Virus record (IMG/VR): IMGVR_UViG_3300031994_000071
Coordinates: 11,222 to 75,221 of that record
DNA: 64,000 bases
Source of the DNA: a virus
Lineage: Duplodnaviria; Caudoviricetes
Direction: 5' to 3' (one strand)
Shown one piece after another: positions 17,523-25,737 of the stretch (the first letter of the stretch is position 1; every line of letters starts with the position of its first letter). The translations under genes were made by a program, and so were the position numbers. Below the pieces are notes generated by a model that did not search any database, was not told the origin of the DNA, and worked only from the letters and a program-made list of their open reading frames with translations.

Positions 17523-17801
17523 TCAGTCAATCTCAAAAAACAATTTTTTCTCGTCAGGCAAATTTTTCCAATAACTATAATCAGAAGACTGTTTTTGGTA
17601 TTCCACCAACTGCTTTTCCTTCTCTGACGCATTTCCGGTGAGACACGCAAGCCTGGCCTTCTCCATAGTAACCCTCATGTTCCAGTATTCTTCGCTTCTT
17701 TTACTGAGAAGATGCCTGCCAGAGTCATTATCGCAGTTTATAGCGTCAATCAAATTACATTCTTCATTGGTTATGAGGAGGCCATATTTATTCTTTAACA
17801 T
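17523..17801 (-). CDS. Hypothetical protein
   Basis: Co-oriented abutting ORF. Confidence 0.6.
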   Translation of the reverse strand: MLKNKYGLLITNEECNLIDAINCDNDSGRHLLSKRSEEYWNMRVTMEKARLACLTGNASEKEKQLVEYQKQSSDYSYWKNLPDEKKLFFEID

Positions 17802-17804
17802 GGT

Positions 17805-18005
17805 TTATTCCTCCACCGGTTTAGATGAGTAACTGACAACGCCAACCTTGTATTTCACCTTGTCAACATCAGTGACGTTTCGGTACTGGGCCTCCTCCTT
17901 TGCGAGTTCCTTTGCAATAGCCTCATTCTCGGCCTTTACGCATACAATGATTTCCTCATAATGGACAATCTTCTTGACGCGCATTGAATAAAGATACTTT
18001 GCCAT
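17805..18005 (-). CDS. Hypothetical protein
   Basis: Co-oriented abutting ORF. Confidence 0.65.
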   Translation of the reverse strand: MAKYLYSMRVKKIVHYEEIIVCVKAENEAIAKELAKEEAQYRNVTDVDKVKYKVGVVSYSSKPVEE

Positions 18006-18010
18006 AATTA

Positions 18011-18403
18011 TTATAGTTTGATGTCATGTTTGATCCCGCACAAACTGAGGGCGTTCTGGAGTTCATGGACGAAACGAATATATATTACAGAGTTTTCGTT
18101 TCTGTTTGTGTCGGCACAAAAACGCCATGTCCCATCGGAACTATAAACGTTCAATCTTAAATTGTTGCACAACCATTTCTCGGTGCCGTAAGTTACAAGT
18201 TTTCTAAACCCGTTCTTCTCCAAGATTTCGGGCGTGATAGGTACGCCATCCACCTTGTCCTCCGAATGATACCTGTCTTCTGCGAGGGTGTATAACTCAT
18301 CGTCGGCCATGATTTCGTCATCAACGCCATCTACGGCCTGAATCTTGCGGGGAGTGCCGTTTATCAGCACCCAGTTCCCGACCATAAGTTCTGTCGCTTT
18401 CAT
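18011..18403 (-). CDS. Hypothetical (YopX-like)
   Basis: MKATELMVGNWV...PITPEILEKNGF...VHELQNAL. Confidence 0.75.
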   Translation of the reverse strand: MKATELMVGNWVLINGTPRKIQAVDGVDDEIMADDELYTLAEDRYHSEDKVDGVPITPEILEKNGFRKLVTYGTEKWLCNNLRLNVYSSDGTWRFCADTNRNENSVIYIRFVHELQNALSLCGIKHDIKL

Positions 18404-18798
18404 GCCTTACCCTCCTTTGGGAGTTTTAACAGGTCCTCGCACTCTATGTAGTAATCCTTGTTGAATAGTTTACCGTTAACCACGGTGAACGACATTTCCC
18501 CAAAGATGTTAGCCGTTCCAACCGGCTTCCATCTCGGGAGATCCTTGTATGCTACGCGGAGCAGTTGCCCGGCACAGTTCCGCAGGCCGTCTTCGCTACT
18601 AAAATCGTAGCCCATGACCTCGCTTGCCATATCTCTCACAGCATCCTCGAACGGGGTTGACTTCCTTTTAGCCACGCAGATTGCTTGCCTGAGATTCTCC
18701 ATGGCCTGCTCAGCCTCCTCGATCGTGATGCACGATGAGGTGCCGCATGATAAAATCTCAATAGGGTGAGATACGCCCTTGTTTACTCTGACTTCCAT
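18400..18798 (-). CDS. Hypothetical protein
   Basis: ATGA overlap. Confidence 0.65.
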   Translation of the reverse strand: MEVRVNKGVSHPIEILSCGTSSCITIEEAEQAMENLRQAICVAKRKSTPFEDAVRDMASEVMGYDFSSEDGLRNCAGQLLRVAYKDLPRWKPVGTANIFGEMSFTVVNGKLFNKDYYIECEDLLKLPKEGKA

Positions 18799-18919
18799 TG
18801 TCTTTCCTCCCGAAATAATCGTTTAACACCTTGCAGAAGTCTCCGGCCTCAGCCTTGCACTTCTTCTCGTCTTTATTCCAGTGCCAGCACTTAGGGCACC
18901 AATTTACCCCCCCCCTCAT
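18758..18919 (-). CDS. 53-aa Cys-rich protein with a G9 tract at codons 2-5
   Basis: ATG overlaps the upstream TGA; MRGGVNWCPKCWHWNKDEKKCKAEAGDFCKV... Confidence 0.55.
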   Translation of the reverse strand: MRGGVNWCPKCWHWNKDEKKCKAEAGDFCKVLNDYFGRKDNGSQSKQGRISPY

Positions 18920-19293
18920 TCCATTTCGCGCAGCCTGCGCTCCTCGTAGTAATCGTCAGGGTCCGGTCCGTTGTCCTCCAGGTCCGTCTGGCTCACCACA
19001 CGGACAACCGCGTCATCCATCGTATCGACCTCCTCGGCATCGCACGGCGTCCTGTGAACCTTCCCGAACTCAATCCCGCAAACCTCGGACCACTCAAGTT
19101 CCGGCCAGCCGTACTCCTCCAGCATCTTCTTCACGGCCTCCAGGTCATTGTGGTAGATCACCACCTCAGCCTCGGCACTGACCGGCACGTCTATGTCGTA
19201 AACCCCGCTGCCCCTCCAGTAAGAGGGGCATTTGGGGTCTTCCATTCTAACGGTCCCCTTTAGGGAGACCTCGATTTCAAAGCACTCCATCAT
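18916..19293 (-). CDS. Acidic hypothetical protein
   Basis: Start MMECFEIEV; D/E-rich. Confidence 0.65.
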   Translation of the reverse strand: MMECFEIEVSLKGTVRMEDPKCPSYWRGSGVYDIDVPVSAEAEVVIYHNDLEAVKKMLEEYGWPELEWSEVCGIEFGKVHRTPCDAEEVDTMDDAVVRVVSQTDLEDNGPDPDDYYEERRLREME

Positions 19294-19822
19294 AATAGAA
19301 GTCCTTGAAGATGTCAAAGAACTGCTTGCCAGCGTATCTGGCGAGTTCCCCTGATTTGAATGCAAGGCGGGCGCCGAGGTGCGAGCTCGCGAGCGACCAG
19401 GCGCTGCGCGAGTCCACGTAGAGCGGCCCCGACATCGACCCGCGATCCGAGCAACCGCCGACAAGGCAGACCGAAGGTTCCAGTTCCTTCCGCCTGGATG
19501 CGCTCAGGCTCTCCCACTCGGACTTGGTGTAGGCGTAGTAGTAAGGGTAGTAGCGATACTCATCCTCCTTGAACGTGGGCTTCCAGCCTTCGTTGAGGGC
19601 GGCAACGATGATACGCATCTTGAGGTAGGCCAGGACGTCTTTGTCCATGTTCTCCGTCTCGTTCTCGGCCAGCCACTCCTCTTCGCTCTTGCCGGTCACT
19701 TCGCGACACGCATCGTCAAAGGTCTTGATGCGCTCCATGATGTTATCATCTACCAGGACGTAGGCGCCGTCCTTGAATTTCAGTGCTTTCCCTTCCGGGA
19801 TTTCAATGGTAACTTTTTTCAT
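19277..19822 (-). CDS. Conserved Bacteroidales-phage hypothetical protein
   Basis: ERIKTFDDAC...LKMRIIVAALNEGWKP...GARLAFKSGELARYAGKQF. Confidence 0.8.
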   Translation of the reverse strand: MKKVTIEIPEGKALKFKDGAYVLVDDNIMERIKTFDDACREVTGKSEEEWLAENETENMDKDVLAYLKMRIIVAALNEGWKPTFKEDEYRYYPYYYAYTKSEWESLSASRRKELEPSVCLVGGCSDRGSMSGPLYVDSRSAWSLASSHLGARLAFKSGELARYAGKQFFDIFKDFYYDGVL

Positions 19823-19835
19823 GATTGTATTGGTT

Positions 19836-20603
19836 TTAAGACATTTGCCACTCACGCACCCAGACGGAAAGGATGCCTTTCGTGAGCATCTTTCCCTGCC
19901 TGGTGCAGTAAATTTCAGGAGACTTCTGGAAGAGTTTCTCAGCCTCTTCCAGAATCTCCTTTCTTGAACGTTTCTTATAATACTGGATTTGTGCCCAGGA
20001 GTACAGCGGGGACGAATCCCGCCAGTCAGAAGATTTCTTGTTGGCCACAGCGGCAGCAGCAGCGCGGGCCTTCGACAGGTCATCGCCCTTCTTGCCGCCC
20101 AGGTGCGTACACCAGTTGCCGGACTTGGAGAAGAATCCGCCGTCCCGCTCAATCTGCTTCTTGCGCTCATCGAGGGCTACCTTCGTGTTGATGCGGCCCA
20201 TGATGGCCTGGCGCTCCCACATGGCGAACATCACCGTGAGGATGAAGCGGTCGCAGGACGGAAGGTCGCAGAAAATCAAGTTCCGCTCCCCAACTGCGTC
20301 CAGAATCTCCAGCGCCTCGGATACGTTACGGCAGCGGTCGCTCTTGGCAATCACCAAAACGCAGTCCTCTTCCTTGCAGTGCTTGATGGCCTCCCAGAGA
20401 CCGACGCACTCTTTAAGTTTCGTACCGGAATGGACGTCAGTGTAGATGTCCACCGGATCCTTACCCATGAAGGTCTTCGCGATGGATACCTGGGCCTCAA
20501 GGCCGAGTTCCGTCTTCTCTTGGTGCTTGGTCGAAACACGGCGCCAGAGGATGTACGGCCTGCGCTCCTCGATGGTCTTGATTTCTACTTTCTTCTTTCC
20601 CAT
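19836..20603 (-). CDS. Serine recombinase (resolvase/invertase family) with C-terminal extension
   Basis: LWRRVSTKHQ (catalytic Ser), GLEAQ, DVHSG, LVIAKSDRCRN, WERQAIMGR. Confidence 0.9.
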   Translation of the reverse strand: MGKKKVEIKTIEERRPYILWRRVSTKHQEKTELGLEAQVSIAKTFMGKDPVDIYTDVHSGTKLKECVGLWEAIKHCKEEDCVLVIAKSDRCRNVSEALEILDAVGERNLIFCDLPSCDRFILTVMFAMWERQAIMGRINTKVALDERKKQIERDGGFFSKSGNWCTHLGGKKGDDLSKARAAAAAVANKKSSDWRDSSPLYSWAQIQYYKKRSRKEILEEAEKLFQKSPEIYCTRQGKMLTKGILSVWVREWQMS

Positions 20604-20660
20604 GTCTGTGTTTATTTCCTACGGGCCAGCATATCATCCAGATACGCCAGCAGCATAACT

Positions 20661-20675
20661 ACAAGAAACATGCCA
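20661..20675 (-). promoter_or_regulatory. sigma54-like site (TTGT variant) upstream of the recombinase
   Basis: Minus strand TGGCATG-TTTC-TTGT. Confidence 0.45.
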
Positions 20676-20745
20676 AATTACCTTTTCTCGTTGAATATCT
20701 CTGGGATGAAGGCCAGCCCGCAGATGATGAATACTAAGATGTACA

Positions 20746-21087
20746 TTACTTTTCCTCCCGTGAGAAATAAAAGTCCACCTCGATTTGATACCTGGTGTTC
20801 TCGTGCCACTCGGCCCTCACATTCACCTCCGGATCCTCCATCGTGGCCTTGAAGTCCTTGATGAACTCATCCGGATTGAATCTTGCCGTATTGTTAGACT
20901 CACAGATGACCGTCAGGCAGTTGTCATCTTCCTTCCACTTTGCAAGGCAGAGATACCCACTCAGGAAGAAGGCCACCTTACGGACGCCCATCGCAGTCTT
21001 GATCGCAATGGTGTCGCTGTCTGCTATATTGTACAGGACACGGGACATACTCCCGTGAATAGTGTTGATGTATGCTTTGTTTGCCAT
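20746..21087 (-). CDS. Hypothetical protein
   Basis: Co-oriented ORF. Confidence 0.65.
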   Translation of the reverse strand: MANKAYINTIHGSMSRVLYNIADSDTIAIKTAMGVRKVAFFLSGYLCLAKWKEDDNCLTVICESNNTARFNPDEFIKDFKATMEDPEVNVRAEWHENTRYQIEVDFYFSREEK

Positions 21088-21091
21088 AGTC

Positions 21092-21355
21092 TTACAGTTT
21101 TTCGTTTACCTCACGGGGCTTGCACATGTAGTCGGATTGCGGGTTGGTGCAGATGGGGCACTCCTTGATGGTCAGGGAGTATTTCTTGCCATCACGGCCA
21201 TTCCACATGAAGTTGGTGAGCGTCGATTCCGGATCGTGGTTTTCCTTGACGATGCGCTGCTTGTTGAGTTCGATATCCGCAATGGCCAGGCCAAGCGAAG
21301 CGAAGACGTTGACGGTCACATTATTCTCGTCAACGATGAGATATACTTTATCCAT
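21092..21355 (-). CDS. Hypothetical protein
   Basis: Start MDKVYLIV. Confidence 0.65.
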   Translation of the reverse strand: MDKVYLIVDENNVTVNVFASLGLAIADIELNKQRIVKENHDPESTLTNFMWNGRDGKKYSLTIKECPICTNPQSDYMCKPREVNEKL

Positions 21356-21653
21356 TATAATCCGTTTTTGAAAGTTGATTTCCTTTGTCATCATAGAGAG
21401 CAACGCTCTCCAATTTACGTCCGTCCCAGTTGAGGACAACATGCGTCTTCTTGTTTACCGTGTCAACCATCTGGGCATGAAGTGTGCCATCCGGGTGGAT
21501 GCTCCTGTCTATGTGGAAAATCGCGGATTTACTGAGAGTATGCGTATTGTCAACCTCAGCAAGTCCCTCCGCAATCATGCAGGTTATTGCTCCGCCCATA
21601 CCGTCGCGCTCCATCTTCTTGAGGAGGGCGATGAATCTTTCCTTGTAGTCCAT
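21348..21653 (-). CDS. Hypothetical protein
   Basis: Co-oriented overlapping ORF. Confidence 0.65.
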   Translation of the reverse strand: MDYKERFIALLKKMERDGMGGAITCMIAEGLAEVDNTHTLSKSAIFHIDRSIHPDGTLHAQMVDTVNKKTHVVLNWDGRKLESVALYDDKGNQLSKTDYNG

Positions 21654-21922
21654 TACAGAAGTCCTTTATAGAAGTTACACTTGCGGCGCGTGGCCCTGTT
21701 GGTCTTAGGCTCAGTGGAGCCGGTTGTGAACCAGCCCACGTGCTTCTCATAGATAGCCGCCATGATGGCGTAGATGGGAAGATAGTTGTCTGGCATCTTC
21801 TCGATCTCCTCGTCGGAGAGGGCGCCCTTGTCAACGAGTTTCTGCAAGTCATTGAGCACGTCCTGCTCGGAAATGATGCAGTCGTGAATCATGTTGTAGA
21901 ATCTTTTCTTATCCATGGCCAT
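21653..21922 (-). CDS. Hypothetical protein
   Basis: TAATG-type coupling. Confidence 0.65.
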   Translation of the reverse strand: MAMDKKRFYNMIHDCIISEQDVLNDLQKLVDKGALSDEEIEKMPDNYLPIYAIMAAIYEKHVGWFTTGSTEPKTNRATRRKCNFYKGLL

Positions 21923-22179
21923 TAGATTTTGAAGCGGTTGCCCGCACGGTTGATAGTCTCACGGGTGAAAATCCAGGTGTCAATGAGAATCATCTGGACG
22001 TCAGGGTTCTGCCGGAAGATGAACACGCAGATGTGGCGCACGTCAACCCTGGGCCGGCGCTTCATGTCCAGCCGGATCTTATCGTCACACCAAGGATAGG
22101 CAATGTCCGCCTGGACGTTACCTTTGTTGCTCTTGAAGTGCTTGTCAAGAGCAGCGTTGATTTTTTCAATAATGCTCAT
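21922..22179 (-). CDS. Hypothetical protein
   Basis: Coupled ORF. Confidence 0.65.
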   Translation of the reverse strand: MSIIEKINAALDKHFKSNKGNVQADIAYPWCDDKIRLDMKRRPRVDVRHICVFIFRQNPDVQMILIDTWIFTRETINRAGNRFKI

Positions 22180-22234
22180 AATGTTATAGAATTAAGGTTT
22201 TTGGAGAGGGAAGGAGCGGTCAGGCTCCAGCCCC

Positions 22235-22654
22235 CTAATACTCCATGTCGTAGTTGTCATGGCCCCGGCCCCAGTAGAAGAGAGTGGACCAGTCACGTGT
22301 CGTGCTGCCCTCCTCAATCCAATGGCCGTTACGACGGAATGTGTAAATCTTGGTGCAGTGGTAAAGCCCGCAGGCCGTGACCTCAATCTTCTTGGGGGAG
22401 ATAACCTTCGTCACCTTGGCCCTGCTGCTGTCCGAAAACCACCTCATAGTGCCGGTGGCCCCGACCTCTGGAATAACATGCTTTTGCATCTCCTCCATCT
22501 TATCATCAAGCGCATGTCTCTCGTCCCAGAGTTCGCACCACCGCTTGTGCTGCACCGGATCGCTGTGGTCCGTGTTCTCTGTCAGCCTTTCAATCTCGTC
22601 CCGGCGGTCCAGGATGGCGAGATAGTCTTTCCACGGTACGTTGAGTTCAATCAT
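22235..22654 (-). CDS. Hypothetical protein
   Basis: C-terminal PEVGATGT..FSDS...KVTKVISPK...YTFRRNGHW beta domain. Confidence 0.7.
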   Translation of the reverse strand: MIELNVPWKDYLAILDRRDEIERLTENTDHSDPVQHKRWCELWDERHALDDKMEEMQKHVIPEVGATGTMRWFSDSSRAKVTKVISPKKIEVTACGLYHCTKIYTFRRNGHWIEEGSTTRDWSTLFYWGRGHDNYDMEY

Positions 22655-22655
22655 A

Positions 22656-22835
22656 TCAGCAGAAGTTTATAACCCTGGCCCACTGGCCGTATGAAAAGTT
22701 TCCGTACATATCCCGCAGCGTGTCCCGGTCCTTGCCGGTCTGCGCCTGGGCGATATCGAGCAGGTCCTTGTAGTCCCAACTCAGCGGCAGGTAAGGCTCC
22801 AGCCTTCTCAGCCTTTCTTGAAGTTCCTGTCTCAT
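22656..22835 (-). CDS. 59-aa hypothetical protein (below track cutoff)
   Basis: MRQELQERLRRLEPYL...WARVINFC; overlaps the upstream stop. Confidence 0.6.
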   Translation of the reverse strand: MRQELQERLRRLEPYLPLSWDYKDLLDIAQAQTGKDRDTLRDMYGNFSYGQWARVINFC

Positions 22836-23056
22836 AGGGCGTCATTTTTGGTCATGATGAAGGTATCAATCTCGTTGTAGTAGTCTCCGCTCCACTCGTG
22901 GCCCTCATGCTCTTTCTCGAACTCCTTGCCCCACTCCTCGAACAGATTGAATATCTGGTCGCGGGACATGTCTTTCTCGTCCTGGAGCCTGCGGTAGATA
23001 CCGAAGTCGTAGGCTTGCAGGGTAATTTCTTGGATGGTTGTGATGGTGTTAATCAT
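22832..23056 (-). CDS. Hypothetical protein
   Basis: ATGA overlaps. Confidence 0.65.
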   Translation of the reverse strand: MINTITTIQEITLQAYDFGIYRRLQDEKDMSRDQIFNLFEEWGKEFEKEHEGHEWSGDYYNEIDTFIMTKNDAL

Positions 23057-23235
23057 TTCTTTATGAAGGTGTCTAAAAGTTCCTGAACTTTCTTTTTCTC
23101 ATCGAGGCAGTCTTTCTGGCACTCCGTGAAGTTTGTGCTCTTGTACTGCTCCGACATGTCGTAGAGTTTTCCGATGCGGTCACGCAGGGCGTCAATGATG
23201 ATCTGCTCCTGCTCAGGTGTGATGTTGAGTGTCAT
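23053..23235 (-). CDS. Hypothetical protein
   Basis: ATGA overlap. Confidence 0.65.
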   Translation of the reverse strand: MTLNITPEQEQIIIDALRDRIGKLYDMSEQYKSTNFTECQKDCLDEKKKVQELLDTFIKK

Positions 23236-23237
23236 GG

Positions 23238-23465
23238 CTATCCCAGTGCTTGTTTCGTTTCACGATACACCGTCTTCTTCCATCCACGGCCATACTCCTC
23301 CGTCACGGTGTTCTCATCAACCTGCACCTCAATTACATCTTTGTGGGACAGGAGTTTCTGCGCGTGCCTTTTTGCGCTTTCCTCGGTTGGATAAATGTTG
23401 TCGAGGTCTTGGCTGTAATCCTCGTATGTGAGAATCACAGCATAAACGATAAGTTCTTTCGCCAT
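23238..23465 (-). CDS. Hypothetical protein
   Basis: Start MAKELIVY. Confidence 0.65.
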   Translation of the reverse strand: MAKELIVYAVILTYEDYSQDLDNIYPTEESAKRHAQKLLSHKDVIEVQVDENTVTEEYGRGWKKTVYRETKQALG

Positions 23466-23467
23466 GG

Positions 23468-23770
23468 CTATCCCTCCACACTGACGAGGTTGGCAACTGC
23501 GAACTGGCGCCACCACTGGGCCTCGATGTCGAAGTAATCGACCTTGGTCAGGTCCTCCGGCTTAGGGTCTCCCTTGGGCGTCCACAGGCTCCCGTCCTTG
23601 AGTTTCATAAGGTCACGGCGGAGGGTGCCCACGGCCTCACGAACCGTCCCGTCCTTCTTCTTGAAGGAGAACTTAACGGCCCGCTTGAGCATTTCTTCCT
23701 TGAGGGTGATAACATTCTCGGCTTCCTTTTCCGTCAGGCCGAGGCTGACAAGTTTAACTTTCTGTTCCAT
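23468..23770 (-). CDS. SH3-barrel (WYL_2-like) phage protein
   Basis: VKFSFKKKDGTVREAVGTL...YFDIEAQWWRQF. Confidence 0.75.
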   Translation of the reverse strand: MEQKVKLVSLGLTEKEAENVITLKEEMLKRAVKFSFKKKDGTVREAVGTLRRDLMKLKDGSLWTPKGDPKPEDLTKVDYFDIEAQWWRQFAVANLVSVEG

Positions 23771-23803
23771 GATTTTGTAAGTTTGTGTGTGTGATTGTAT
23801 TAT

Positions 23804-23819
23804 TGCAAATATCGTGCCA
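23804..23819 (-). promoter_or_regulatory. sigma54-type -24/-12 promoter
   Basis: Intergenic; minus strand TGGCACG-ATAT-TTGCA, 34 nt before ATG 23770. Confidence 0.75.
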
Positions 23820-23828
23820 AAGTGAGCA

Positions 23829-24062
23829 CTATTTAACCTGTTCAATTACCGAGCAGGGTGCGGACATATCGTCCCGGCCCTTGCCGAACATCTCGTCGTG
23901 CCAGAAGATAGCATTGTCTATCCTCTCTATGGCTGCATTCATGTTCTCCTTGATCTTACGCTCAGTGGAGCACGGGGCCGGGCTGGCGAAGGGCCAGTAG
24001 CCGCTGTTCTTGACTTCCATGAGGAGGCGCTTGGCCTCGGTCATCTTTTCTCTTGCGTTCAT
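23829..24062 (-). CDS. Hypothetical protein
   Basis: ATGA overlap. Confidence 0.6.
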   Translation of the reverse strand: MNAREKMTEAKRLLMEVKNSGYWPFASPAPCSTERKIKENMNAAIERIDNAIFWHDEMFGKGRDDMSAPCSVIEQVK

Positions 24063-24835
24063 TTCTTGACGAATTTAAGGATTGTTTCGAGGTCCTGATT
24101 GTCTGCGATGTGCATCAGGTAGTTATAGGCATGTTCTTGCCAGTTTGTTTGCAGGTCAGAGAACGCCTCATCATTATCGTACCAACCGCAAAGAAATGCA
24201 GGGGAATTGAAGATTTCATCGAGGTCCCTATCATAGAGGGCGATGAGGATGGTGCGGAACCGGTCGCTTCCGAGTGTCCACGCCACGTTGATTGCATCCA
24301 CCAGGCCCTGATCATGCGAGTTGGTGGTGTCCATAACTGTAAGGAGGTGGCGAAGTTCGCCATATTTAACAGCCACGTCACGAGGAAGGACAGTCTTGGA
24401 GTCCGCAACGGCGCCACCAACATAAGTGTTGATTTCGTCTATCTGCTCCGGAGTAAGGTCCGCAGTCTTCGGGTACGTCATCATAATGCCAGCCTTGTCA
24501 CTTACCGCAAAGCCGTCATAGATACGGAAGTTGACAACCATAGTGGCATCAATCAGGCCGGGTTTCTGAACCTCAAGTTCATACTCCTCCGCAAAGGTAG
24601 AGCGCTCAATCTCCTTGGTCCAGTCAAGGTCCCAGATAACCTCATTTCCGTGCTCATCGAACCAAGCGTCCGGGAACTCCTGCTGTGTCTCAAACCCAAG
24701 CGAATTGCCCTGGGTCTCGATGATGTTCGTCACTGCCAACTCAGCCCCGTCCGTGTCCACGATAACAAGGGCGGCATTCTTATCCTTGAACCCGGCCAGG
24801 AAAGCCTCAAGGTCCTTTACTTTCATTCTTTTCAT
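24059..24835 (-). CDS. Hypothetical acidic protein (258 aa)
   Basis: Long co-oriented ORF. Confidence 0.75.
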   Translation of the reverse strand: MKRMKVKDLEAFLAGFKDKNAALVIVDTDGAELAVTNIIETQGNSLGFETQQEFPDAWFDEHGNEVIWDLDWTKEIERSTFAEEYELEVQKPGLIDATMVVNFRIYDGFAVSDKAGIMMTYPKTADLTPEQIDEINTYVGGAVADSKTVLPRDVAVKYGELRHLLTVMDTTNSHDQGLVDAINVAWTLGSDRFRTILIALYDRDLDEIFNSPAFLCGWYDNDEAFSDLQTNWQEHAYNYLMHIADNQDLETILKFVKK

Positions 24836-24987
24836 AACATTTCCTCCATAAAGTCCAACATGATGCGGTTGTACTTGTCATCGTAGCGGGCACCGCTGAT
24901 CCCGCAGGTCTGCCATTTAACGTCGCAGACCACGACGTTTGCATCCTTGTGCTCCTGGAGCAACTGGATGAGTTCTTCTGCCTTCAT
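24832..24987 (-). CDS. 51-aa hypothetical protein
   Basis: MKAEELIQLLQEHK...; stop overlaps the next ATG. Confidence 0.55.
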   Translation of the reverse strand: MKAEELIQLLQEHKDANVVVCDVKWQTCGISGARYDDKYNRIMLDFMEEML

Positions 24988-25126
24988 ACTTTGTACCTGT
25001 TAACATGATTACGTAGTCAACCCATGACATCACGCTGACGAAGTGTTTCACATCACCCCGCACGTTGCACTGGTATCCATGAGGGCCGTCCTCAAGGACG
25101 AACCCTCCGAACTTCAAAAGTTTCAT
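24917..25126 (-). CDS. Hypothetical protein
   Basis: ATGA overlap. Confidence 0.55.
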   Translation of the reverse strand: MKLLKFGGFVLEDGPHGYQCNVRGDVKHFVSVMSWVDYVIMLTGTKYEGRRTHPVAPGAQGCKRRGLRR

Positions 25127-25314
25127 AGCCGGTCCGCGCCCTCCAGAGCGTCAACCGCCTCCTGCATGGCGTCTATCCAATCGGACGAGTTCTCTCCCTT
25201 CTCATCCTCCTGCCACGCGTCCGAATGGCTGTCGTAGAACTTCTGTTCCTCCTCGATGCACGTCTTGAGCGTGTCGATGCAGTTGTCAATCTTTCTAAGC
25301 CTTTCCTTGTTCAT
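25123..25314 (-). CDS. Hypothetical protein
   Basis: MNKERLRKI...EEQKFYD...WQEDEKGE coiled protein. Confidence 0.7.
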   Translation of the reverse strand: MNKERLRKIDNCIDTLKTCIEEEQKFYDSHSDAWQEDEKGENSSDWIDAMQEAVDALEGADRL

Positions 25315-25459
25315 TATCCTGAGATTTTAAGCGTTTCACCCTTTCCTCCCACGACTCTCCCGTCCGAAACTCGTACATGTCCATGATGGACGTGGCCAGC
25401 AGGCACAGGATGAGGAACACTGCACCCACGGCCACAACGATGTTAATCAACGTCTCCAT
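25295..25459 (-). CDS. Small membrane protein
   Basis: N-terminal TM helix. Confidence 0.55.
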   Translation of the reverse strand: METLINIVVAVGAVFLILCLLATSIMDMYEFRTGESWEERVKRLKSQDNEQGKA

Positions 25460-25733
25460 CCTCAATCCTCCACAGATAGATTTTGTCATCGTCAGTCCGG
25501 ACCACGGCATCTGCCGGGTGCTTCTCGACGAATCCGTAGGTGCGGTCCACACTCTCATAGATTGCGAGGTAGTCGGAATCATAATCATCAATCCGGATGG
25601 AACCGGCCACCAACTTGGCACTCTCACCGAACCAGTGCGTAATGCTCATGTCGGCGCTAATCGTCACGATGTCACCGTAAGCAGCCAAATCAGCATCGGC
25701 GAACACCAGTTTCAAAAGTTCTTTTGCTTTCAT
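25443..25733 (-). CDS. Hypothetical protein
   Basis: Co-oriented ORF. Confidence 0.65.
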   Translation of the reverse strand: MKAKELLKLVFADADLAAYGDIVTISADMSITHWFGESAKLVAGSIRIDDYDSDYLAIYESVDRTYGFVEKHPADAVVRTDDDKIYLWRIEDGDVD

Positions 25734-25737
25734 GTTA

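Noticed and set aside
19836-20603. Tail-fibre shufflon invertase
   Set aside because: No inverted-repeat-bounded tail cassettes in the window, and the gene is far from the tail genes
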